A DNA stretch of 64,000 nucleotides from an uncultured delta proteobacterium (GTDB lineage Bacteria > Desulfobacterota > Syntrophorhabdia > Syntrophorhabdales > WCHB1-27): the NCBI GenBank assembly GCA_963825005.1, contig CAWGRP010000007.1, forward strand, positions 104,045-168,044. The letters run 5' to 3'. Numbering within the stretch: the stretch's first letter is position 1; each line of letters opens with the position of its first letter. The notes beneath the pieces are model-generated. The model saw only the letters and a program-made list of their open reading frames with translations, was not told where the DNA came from and ran no database searches. Of the stretch, positions 28,149 to 35,400 are shown one piece after another. Both the position numbers and the translations under genes were made by a program.

Positions 28149-28181
28149 TAAGCATAGCTGTTTGAATTCTCTCTGGCCTCC

Positions 28182-28733
28182 TTGATTAATCGAAGCGACA
28201 TCATTTATAGTGAATGCGTGAAATCGAATCTCATTCTTATCGGCATGCCGGGCTCAGGCAAGAGCACAGTCGGCGTGCTTCTCGCAAAGCTCACCTCCCG
28301 CGGCTTTATAGATACGGACGTTCTCATCCAGACGTCGCAGCGTCGCACTCTGCAGGAGATCGTCGATACCGACGGCTACATGGCGCTTCGGAACATTGAA
28401 GAAGAGGTTCTTCTCAATCTCGATTGCCTTGATCACGTTATCGCCACCGGGGGCAGTGCTGTGTACAGCCACAAGGCGATGGAACATCTAAAGCGTGACG
28501 GTCTCACTGTCTTTCTCGATGCAGACATGGTCACACTGGAATCGAGAATCAAAGACTTCAAGACCCGCGGGTTGGCAAAACGGCCCGATCAGACTCTTGT
28601 CGATCTCTTCCAGGAACGTTATCCCCTGTACGTGAAGTATGCCGATATACTTGCACCGTGTGTCGGACTGAACCACGAAGAGCTCTGCAACGAGATCATC
28701 GGTGCCTGTGGGAGATACAGAGTACATGGCTGA
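28182..28733 (+). CDS. aroK: shikimate kinase-like P-loop kinase
   Basis: LIGMPGSGKSTVGVLLAK Walker A, FIDTD, IATGGSAVY and LAKRP match the AroK/AroL layout. The start is uncertain (TTG 28182 or GTG 28218). Confidence 0.75.
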   Translation: MINRSDIIYSECVKSNLILIGMPGSGKSTVGVLLAKLTSRGFIDTDVLIQTSQRRTLQEIVDTDGYMALRNIEEEVLLNLDCLDHVIATGGSAVYSHKAMEHLKRDGLTVFLDADMVTLESRIKDFKTRGLAKRPDQTLVDLFQERYPLYVKYADILAPCVGLNHEELCNEIIGACGRYRVHG

Positions 28734-29340
28734 ACAGGAAAACATCGGGAAGCTTCATCGATTAACCGAGACCGAAGAAAAGATATTCCAACTCGCAAAG
28801 CCTTATCTCTTCGTAAGGGATAACGAGACGCATACTCGCTCTGCAATGACGTTTGCGCTGAGACTGCTCGGGACGGAAGAGGGTGACAGAGATATCGTCA
28901 TCCCTGCGGTGACTCTGCATGACGTTGGGTATCACGCGCTTACCGAGAACCTTATATCGCGCGCCTGGGGTCCACGGAAAGAGAAGGAGATAACTCGAAT
29001 GCATGAGCAGGAAGGGGCCAGGATAGCTGCAACGATACTGAAGGAAGCAGGATATGACGTAAGGAGAACGGCCGAGATCCTGGAGATCATAGACGGCCAC
29101 GATACTAGATCTACTGCTCTCTCAAACAACGATCGTGTCGTGAAAGACGCCGACAAATTGACGCGGTACGCAAAGAGCCTTGAATCCTGGCTGCCAGTGT
29201 TTTGTTCCACAATTGAGGAAGCCGCCGCAAGACTGGAACGATCAATCGACGATTGGTTTTTTCTACCGGTCTCCAAAAAAATTGCAAGAGCAGAATTGAG
29301 ACAGCGCAGAATAGAAGCAGAAAAAGATTCAATTCTATAA
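28726..29340 (+). CDS. HD-domain phosphohydrolase
   Basis: HDVGY and DGHD motifs. ATG 28726 overlaps the kinase stop by 8 nt (ATGGCTGA). Confidence 0.75.
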   Translation: MAEQENIGKLHRLTETEEKIFQLAKPYLFVRDNETHTRSAMTFALRLLGTEEGDRDIVIPAVTLHDVGYHALTENLISRAWGPRKEKEITRMHEQEGARIAATILKEAGYDVRRTAEILEIIDGHDTRSTALSNNDRVVKDADKLTRYAKSLESWLPVFCSTIEEAAARLERSIDDWFFLPVSKKIARAELRQRRIEAEKDSIL

Positions 29341-29354
29341 AGGCATATGACGCC

Positions 29355-29504
29355 CAGCGGTTTGCATTCAAGATGGATGACCCAGCCGCCGGCCGGGTGC
29401 CCCAGGCGCGCCGAGGGCTCACGCAGCGGAGGCGTACCTTGGGGTACGTTGACGCGGAACAGGCCGAAGGGCAACGAAGGTAGGCGCTTGAAGGCAAACG
29501 GCAG
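29355..29504 (+). mobile_element. family-A element, copy A5 (long subtype)
   Basis: CAGCGGTTTGCATTCAAGATGGATGACCCAGCC...GGAGGCGTACCTTGGGGTACGTTGACG...GGGCAACGAAGGTAGGCGCTTGAAGGCAAACGGCAG. Confidence 0.75.
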
Positions 29505-29630
29505 CCGGTTTGGATTCAAGATGATTACCGAGGCGCGCCGAGGGCTGGGCAGCGGAGGCGTACCTTGGTGTACGTTGACGCGGAACAGGCCGAAGGGCAA
29601 CGAAGGTAGGCGCTTGAAGGCAAACCGGTG
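29505..29630 (+). mobile_element. family-A element, copy A6 (tandem to A5, internally shortened)
   Basis: CCGGTTTGGATTCAAGATGA...GGAGGCGTACCTTGGTGTACGTTGACG...CTTGAAGGCAAACCGGTG. It ends one base before the TTA (TAA on the minus strand) stop of 29631..30287. Confidence 0.75.
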
Positions 29631-30287
29631 TTACTTCGCGCTTCGCGGAAGGATTGCTATCTCTCCATAATCCCCGACTGCACGGGAATTGGTATTGTCT
29701 GCATCGGTCAGAATGCCGATCCCGATTGCATTCGGATTTTTCTTTTTCCCAAAGAAGCGCTCATAGTCAGAAAGCACATCGCGTTCTTCCGTGAGCCAGG
29801 TGCCGGCCTGCGCTCTCCCGCTGCGAATGACGATCATCTTTGAGCCGCTTGAAAAAGGAGAATCGAAGGCGGCTCCCACCGGCTGCGTGTCGCTCCATAT
29901 GTACTTGATAGATTTAACGAACGGGAGACCGCTCAGTACCACGTAGAGGCCGAGAACGCTGTCGTTCCCTTTTTTTATCCGCTCGTCTGACCCTTCGGGA
30001 AACGTGACGGCTCTCCACTGCCAACGCAGCATCGGATACTCACTCAGGTCCCATTTCTTCTCGTAACTGATCTGCACCGACAGGCCACGCGCGTCAGCGT
30101 GGAGAAACTTCTTTTCACCCTCGGCCTGCACCGAATAAACCTTTGCGGCCTCTTCCTGATCTTTCGCTCTCCAATTCGACGGAAATTTTCCGACCTCATT
30201 CTGCTCGAACGTCACCTGAATGGGCTGTTGGGCAAAGAGGGTATGTGCCATAAAAACGATAAAAAGAGCAGCAAGTATAGGTTTCAT
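29631..30287 (-). CDS. secreted DUF3047 domain protein
   Basis: Signal peptide MKPILAALFIVFMAHTLFA. The blocks LRWQWRAVTFPEG...GNDSVLGLYVV...YIWS...ILTDADNTNSRAVGDYGEI match my recollection of DUF3047. Confidence 0.7.
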   Translation of the reverse strand: MKPILAALFIVFMAHTLFAQQPIQVTFEQNEVGKFPSNWRAKDQEEAAKVYSVQAEGEKKFLHADARGLSVQISYEKKWDLSEYPMLRWQWRAVTFPEGSDERIKKGNDSVLGLYVVLSGLPFVKSIKYIWSDTQPVGAAFDSPFSSGSKMIVIRSGRAQAGTWLTEERDVLSDYERFFGKKKNPNAIGIGILTDADNTNSRAVGDYGEIAILPRSAK

Positions 30288-30359
30288 GGGTTCCAATCTA
30301 TTGTAATACAGATCGGTGCAAGCGGCAACCGTTTCCAACGTATTGATGATCTGACGTGT

Positions 30360-30425
30360 GGTCTGGTGTCAGACCTGGATTCCGGCGCCTGCCCCGGACT
30401 CCGATCCGGGGTCCGCCGGAATGAC
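30360..30425 (-). repeat. family-D REP-like element, copy D2
   Basis: The sequence is GGTCTG GTGT CAGACC followed by TGGATTCCGGCG-(CCCCGGA CTCCGA TCCGGGG)-CGCCGGAATGAC. It has the same core as D1 in inverse orientation, with a nested hairpin replacing the loop. Confidence 0.7.
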
Positions 30426-30503
30426 AACGCGCCCTCTATCTTCATCACTAAAGTGGACGCCGAGTCCGATAAAAAGGTTTGAATGCATAACCGAATATGG
30501 ACG

Positions 30504-31649
30504 TCAGAGCAATGCGTTTTTGATACGGTCAAGGGCTTGAACCAATCTTTTTCTCTGGCAGGCAAAGTTGAGCCTCAGAAAACCCGCGCCTCCCTTTCCA
30601 TATTCGGCACCGTCATTGAGCGCGACTCTTGCTTCCTTGAGAATATAGTCGAACGGGTCTGCGGCTATCCCCGCATTCCTGCAATCGAGCCAGGCGAGAT
30701 AGGTCGCCTCCATCTTCTTCATCCGTATGCCGGGAAAATATTTTTCCACATATTGCATCAGAAAATCTCTGTTCCCTTCAAGATAGCGAAGCGCCTGATC
30801 GAGCCACTCCTGTCCGTCTCTGTAGGCTGCCAGTGTGGCTACAAGGCCCATGATATTCACGTGCGGTATCAACCCCTCACTTCCAGCAATCCACTTTCTG
30901 CGCAAGGAGTCATTCCTGATGACGGCAAAGGCGCATCCGAGCCCCGGTATATTAAACGTCTTGCTGGGGGCCATGAGTGTAACCGTTTGGGCCTCCACTT
31001 CCGGTGCCAGAGTAGCAATGGGTATGTGACGATATCCGGGATAGATGAGATCGCAATGAATCTCATCCGAGCAGATGATGATATTGTGTCGCAGGCAGAT
31101 CCCGGCAAGCTTCTCCAGCTCTTTTCTCGTAAAGACGCGGCCGACCGGATTGTGCGGGTTGCACAGAATAAAGATCTTTGTTCGATCCGTAATCGCTTTC
31201 TCAAATGCATCAAAGTCGATCTCGTACGTATCCTCTTTCTCTATCAGCTGCGAGCTAATTACGGCCCGGCCGCGACGGAGAGGATCGCGGTGAAAATGAC
31301 CATAAACCGGTGTCTGGACCAGAACTTCGTCGCCCGGTCCGGCGTATACCTGAAAAGCAAGATTGAGTGCTGAAACGACGCCGGGCAGGTAGATTATCTC
31401 TTCTTCTCTTACCTCCCAGCCATAGAGGCTCTTGAGCCGTTTCTGGATAGTAAACCCCAACTCCGGCGAAGGACGGGTGTATCCGAATACGCCATGATCG
31501 ATTCTCTGACGGAGCGCCCGGATAATCGGTTCTGCTGAAACGAAATCCATATCCGCAACCCACAACGGAATAACATCATCACCATACGCCAACCATTTGT
31601 GACTGTCGGTGTCTTTGCGATCTATTTCCTGATCAAAATCATAGGTCAT
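30504..31649 (-). CDS. MalY/PatB-type PLP-dependent C-S lyase (class I/II aminotransferase fold)
   Basis: MTYDFDQEIDRKDTDSHKW N-terminus, SPSKTFNIPGL PLP-lysine region. ATG 31649 is preferred over TTG 31694, which lies inside repeat B1. Confidence 0.85.
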   Translation of the reverse strand: MTYDFDQEIDRKDTDSHKWLAYGDDVIPLWVADMDFVSAEPIIRALRQRIDHGVFGYTRPSPELGFTIQKRLKSLYGWEVREEEIIYLPGVVSALNLAFQVYAGPGDEVLVQTPVYGHFHRDPLRRGRAVISSQLIEKEDTYEIDFDAFEKAITDRTKIFILCNPHNPVGRVFTRKELEKLAGICLRHNIIICSDEIHCDLIYPGYRHIPIATLAPEVEAQTVTLMAPSKTFNIPGLGCAFAVIRNDSLRRKWIAGSEGLIPHVNIMGLVATLAAYRDGQEWLDQALRYLEGNRDFLMQYVEKYFPGIRMKKMEATYLAWLDCRNAGIAADPFDYILKEARVALNDGAEYGKGGAGFLRLNFACQRKRLVQALDRIKNALL

Positions 31650-31688
31650 GCTTCCGTCCTGTTCATCTATATTGTTATTTAAAAGTCC

Positions 31689-31932
31689 AGACAAGGCTTT
31701 TTCATCGCCGATAAAAGCTGATAAGGGCTATGATGAACGCCGATAAGATATTTTGACCGCCTGTGTGATACAGCGCCACAGCCGGTCAACCCCGATCCGC
31801 TTCGCGGACGGTGATACTCTCGCGGGAGCGACGGGGTGTGGACAGCATTGATGTTGTATCAGAATGCTGTCCACCGGCAAACCCATCTGCGTACATCTCT
31901 CTTTGCTCTTATCTGCGTACATCTGCGATAAA
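31689..31932 (-). mobile_element. family-B structured element, copy B1
   Basis: The reverse complement starts TTTATCGCAGATGTACGCAGATAAGAGC and ends TTTATCGGCGATGAAAAAGCCTTGTCT. It contains the hairpin GTGGACAGCATT...AATGCTGTCCAC and the hairpin GACCGGCTGTG...CACAGGCGGTC. Confidence 0.8.
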
Positions 31933-32032
31933 TTCTTCTTTTCAGGCCCTTAATCTTATCACAACCTGCCGATGCTTCTCATATTGATCAGACGGAAGGG
32001 CCGTAAAGCGCACAACCAGCTTTCTCAATTGC

Positions 32033-32071
32033 AGCGCGCTGATGACGAGCAGCGTTATCGGCGCGCTTTTT
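32033..32071 (+). terminator. intrinsic terminator with no annotated gene upstream on its strand
   Basis: An 11-bp stem AGCGCGCTGAT / ATCGGCGCGCT (one G-U), a 13-nt loop, followed by TTTT. The reverse strand has no U-tract. Confidence 0.6.
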
Positions 32072-32210
32072 GCCGTCCGCACTTGACAAGATAAGGTAAG
32101 CATCAATACATTGAGGAAGAGCTTCTTATCCCAAAAGCAGATGAGGACGTGCGCCTATAGTCAGCCCGAAGCCGCTAAAAAGGTATGACATTGCGGAGGA
32201 GGTCTCTCAG

Positions 32211-32555
32211 ATGCTCAAGATCAAGAGAATGTACGACGGCGCTTCTGCGCAGGATGGGGCGAGGATATTGGTCGACAGGCTCTGGCCGAGAGGGATAAAG
32301 AAAGAACAGGCGGCCATCGACGACTGGCTGAAGGAACTCTCTCCCAGCGATTCCTTGAGAAAATGGTTCGGCCACGATCCGTCCAGGTGGGTTGAATTCA
32401 AGAGAAGATACAAGAAGGAGCTGGAAACGAAACAGGAGATTATCGAGCAGCTCAGGAAACACGCGCAGCACGGGACGGTTACCCTGCTCTATGCGGCGAA
32501 GGATACTGACCACAATAACGCGGTTGCTCTCAAAGAGGTCCTCGAGGTCGAATAA
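32211..32555 (+). CDS. DUF488 (YeaO-like) protein
   Basis: MLKIKRMYDGASAQDGARILVDRLWPRGIKKEQAAIDDWLKELSPSDSLRKWFGHDP is the canonical DUF488 N-terminus. Confidence 0.85.
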   Translation: MLKIKRMYDGASAQDGARILVDRLWPRGIKKEQAAIDDWLKELSPSDSLRKWFGHDPSRWVEFKRRYKKELETKQEIIEQLRKHAQHGTVTLLYAAKDTDHNNAVALKEVLEVE

Positions 32556-33571
32556 TGGAATCTTTGTATAAACTTCTCGCTGCCATCGGATATCTACACC
32601 CAATCCATCCCGCAATCACACACCTGCCCGTCGGAATAGTGATCGGCGCCTTCCTGCTGGGCATAGTATCGCTCCTCGTTCACTCTCCGATGGCCGGCCG
32701 GGCTGCGCGTTACTGCATGATCATTGCGTTAATTTCCATATTCCCTACGGTGCTCTTTGGGTACATGGACTGGCAGCACTTTTACTCAGGGGGGTGGCTG
32801 AACCCGATAAAGGTTAAGATGGTATTAGCGGGAGTCCTGCTGGTTGTGGTCACCATATCCCTTGTGGTCGGTAGAGGTAATGAAAGAACTTCATTACCGG
32901 TCGTAGGCATAAACTTTCTCACCCTACTTACCGTGCTGGGACTCGGATTTTTCGGCGGTCAACTCGTTTACTCAGGGAGGGTTCCTGCGGGTCCGGCAGA
33001 ATTCCGGGGTGGCGAAAAGCTGTTCCATGCCAATTGCAGCGGCTGTCACCCATACGGGGGGAACATAGTTGACCCGAAGGCAGAGCTCCGGGGCTCGGAC
33101 GAGTTGAAAGACTTGCAGACGTTCATCCGCTGGATACGAGACCCGAGACTCGACAACGGCGCCAAAGGCGTCATGCCGCCGTTCCTCCAATCCAGGGTTT
33201 CTGACACGCAGGCGAAGGAACTGCTCGGGTACATTATCAAGGTGATGGGACCGGCGAAGCCGGCCCCTGCGTGCGATGTCGCTATTCCCACGATTGCGGT
33301 GAGGACAGAACCGGCAAGCGTTGCGAAAGGGAAGCAGCTCTTTGAGGCAAACTGCATGTACTGCCACAATGTGCTTGGCACCGAGACGCTTGTGGGCCCC
33401 GGCCTCAAGGGAATATTGAAACGGAAAACGTTTCCGTTCGGCGATTGGCCCGCAATTCCGGAGAATATTTTCAAACAGCTCCGGTGCCCGTATGCAGAGA
33501 TGCCCTCATTCAGAGAAAAACTGACGGATGATCAGGTATTCGATCTGATCGCCTTCCTGAACACACAGTGA
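32555..33571 (+). CDS. membrane-anchored dihaem cytochrome c with N-terminal DUF2231-like domain
   Basis: HPIHPAITHLPVG plus about four TM helices, then two CxxCH haem motifs (CSGCH, CMYCH). ATG shares a base with the DUF488 stop (TAATG). Confidence 0.8.
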   Translation: MESLYKLLAAIGYLHPIHPAITHLPVGIVIGAFLLGIVSLLVHSPMAGRAARYCMIIALISIFPTVLFGYMDWQHFYSGGWLNPIKVKMVLAGVLLVVVTISLVVGRGNERTSLPVVGINFLTLLTVLGLGFFGGQLVYSGRVPAGPAEFRGGEKLFHANCSGCHPYGGNIVDPKAELRGSDELKDLQTFIRWIRDPRLDNGAKGVMPPFLQSRVSDTQAKELLGYIIKVMGPAKPAPACDVAIPTIAVRTEPASVAKGKQLFEANCMYCHNVLGTETLVGPGLKGILKRKTFPFGDWPAIPENIFKQLRCPYAEMPSFREKLTDDQVFDLIAFLNTQ

Positions 33572-33871
33572 TGCCAAGTTGGCCTGATCCGCATTCCTTC
33601 CGGGCACCCACTTTTGGGTGTTCCTCCTCGCGCTCCTCCTGCCACCCGTGGCTGAGAGGTTTTCGCCCGATGGAAAGAGCGCTGCCCACAGGTACCCGGC
33701 GAAAGCAGGTCATCGTCGCCTCGGATTGCAGATGAATCCACTTGGCATAATTTGCCAGAGTTTCTGAATGTGCGGAATTTTGACCTCGGAATTCCTTGTA
33801 ACTTCAGAATGTTTTCGATAAAATAGCCGGAGCGACTCTCCATTCAAATCTCCTCCCGAAGAGGCACGACT

Positions 33872-34609
33872 ATGGACCTGAGTGGTCATACTGCGTTAAT
33901 AACCGGAGCGGGTCAGGGCATTGGCAGGGCATGTGCCGAAGCGTTTGCACAGAGAGGAGCCGACCTCGTTCTTCTCGACAAGAATAGACAGACTCTTCCC
34001 GCGGTGGCTCAAACACTTGCCGGCAAAGGCTGCACAGTGATCGCCCATGTGATCGATCTGACCCGCATACGATCTCTTGAGGTCCTCATCGAAAAAATAA
34101 AGCGTAAGACAGCGATTGATATCCTGGTAAACAATGCCGGGTTCGATGAGCCGGGCGTCACGTCGAAGATCGATAAGAGCCGATTCGATGCAGTGCTCGG
34201 GATTCATGTGGGCGTGCCGTTCATGCTGATAAAGCTCTTGCTTCCACAGATGCGGGCGAGAAAATGGGGACGCATCGTCAACATCAGCTCTGTCTACGGA
34301 CTATCCGGAGCAAAAGGTGAAGCTGCCTATTCAGCGGCAAAAGCGGCAGTTATCGGATTGACGAAGACGGCTGCGAGGGAAGGCGGGCCTGACAATGTAA
34401 CCGTGAATGCAGTTGTTCCCGGGCTTATTCGCACGCCGACCATCGAAAAGATGCCGGAGAAATACAGGCTTCCGATAATTGAGCAAACGTTGCTCGGAAG
34501 GATCGGCGAAGCAGAAGAAGTTGCACGCGTTATCGCCTTTCTTGCATCGGAGGATGCGTCTTACATAACCGGGACAAGCATCACCGTCTCCGGCGGTTGG
34601 GGTATTTGA
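33872..34609 (+). CDS. SDR family oxidoreductase (FabG-like)
   Basis: TGAGQGIG, NNAG and YSAAK catalytic motifs; 245 aa. Confidence 0.9.
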   Translation: MDLSGHTALITGAGQGIGRACAEAFAQRGADLVLLDKNRQTLPAVAQTLAGKGCTVIAHVIDLTRIRSLEVLIEKIKRKTAIDILVNNAGFDEPGVTSKIDKSRFDAVLGIHVGVPFMLIKLLLPQMRARKWGRIVNISSVYGLSGAKGEAAYSAAKAAVIGLTKTAAREGGPDNVTVNAVVPGLIRTPTIEKMPEKYRLPIIEQTLLGRIGEAEEVARVIAFLASEDASYITGTSITVSGGWGI

Positions 34610-34622
34610 GAGGAGCATGTAG

Positions 34623-35102
34623 GTGACAAAGCAGAGTGCCGGACTTCTGATGTATCGAAAACGGAAGCAGTCTATTCAGGTCCTGCTGATACACCCGGGA
34701 GGTCCTTTCTGGGCAAAGAAGGATCTTGGCGCCTGGTCTATGCCCAAAGGAGAGTTCGGCCAGGAAGAAGACGGGCTGAAGGCAGCCCGACGCGAGTTTG
34801 AGGAGGAAACAGGTTCTCTGCCGACAGGCCGGTTCTTTCGACTTGGCGCAGTGAAACAGCCCAGCGGTAAGGTAATCCATGCATGGGCTTTCGAAAGTGA
34901 CCTGGACGCCAAGAAGATCAAGAGTAACACCTTCTCTCTGGAGTGGCCTCCTCAGTCAGGCAAGCAACAGGAATTTCCTGAAGCCGATCGGGCGGAATGG
35001 TTCGACATCGATGTTGCCAGGGAGAAGATCATAACAGGACAGCTCGAGTTTATCGACGAATTGCTGCGCGTTCTTGAATCCGACCCTCCGGAAGCAGCAT
35101 AA
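34623..35102 (+). CDS. NUDIX hydrolase
   Basis: Nudix box GEFGQEEDGLKAARREFEEETG; GTG start. Confidence 0.85.
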   Translation: MTKQSAGLLMYRKRKQSIQVLLIHPGGPFWAKKDLGAWSMPKGEFGQEEDGLKAARREFEEETGSLPTGRFFRLGAVKQPSGKVIHAWAFESDLDAKKIKSNTFSLEWPPQSGKQQEFPEADRAEWFDIDVAREKIITGQLEFIDELLRVLESDPPEAA

Positions 35103-35124
35103 TGAGCCGAAGCGACAAAGAATC

Positions 35125-35363
35125 TTTATCGCAGATGTGCGCAGATAGAAGCCAAGAGAGATATACGCAGATGGCGTTTGACCGTGTCCAGCATTGTGAT
35201 ACAACGTCAATGCTGGACACACTCCGTCGCTCCCGCGAGAGTATCACCGTCCGCGAAGCGGATCAGGGTTGACCGGCTGTGCCGCTCTATCGCACAGGCG
35301 GTCAAAGATAAACTATCCGCGCTTATCGTAGTAGCCCTTATCCGTCTTGATCTGCGATGAAAA
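35125..35363 (+). mobile_element. family-B structured element, copy B2
   Basis: Starts TTTATCGCAGATGTGCGCAGATAGAAGCC. Contains the 13-bp hairpin 35184-35220 and the hairpin 35271-35303. Ends CCCTTATCCGTCTTGATCTGCGATGAAAA. Confidence 0.8.
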
Positions 35364-35400
35364 TTCTTTGTTTTGGCGTCTGTAGGAACAGGAGTGAGCA

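Noticed and set aside
29355-29630. Tandem direct repeats (A5 and A6) that could be taken for a mini CRISPR array.
   Set aside because: There are only two units of 126-150 bp, with no short unique spacers between them. They belong to the dispersed family-A element, and no cas genes are present.
28932-29670. ORFs running through the family-A repeats (28932..29600, 29347..29670, 29111..29497, 1208..1480, 11905..12252) as possible small proteins.
   Set aside because: Their sequences are translations of the repeat (RRRTTSTSRKATQGQRRY and similar). The frame is not conserved between copies because the central loop varies in length.
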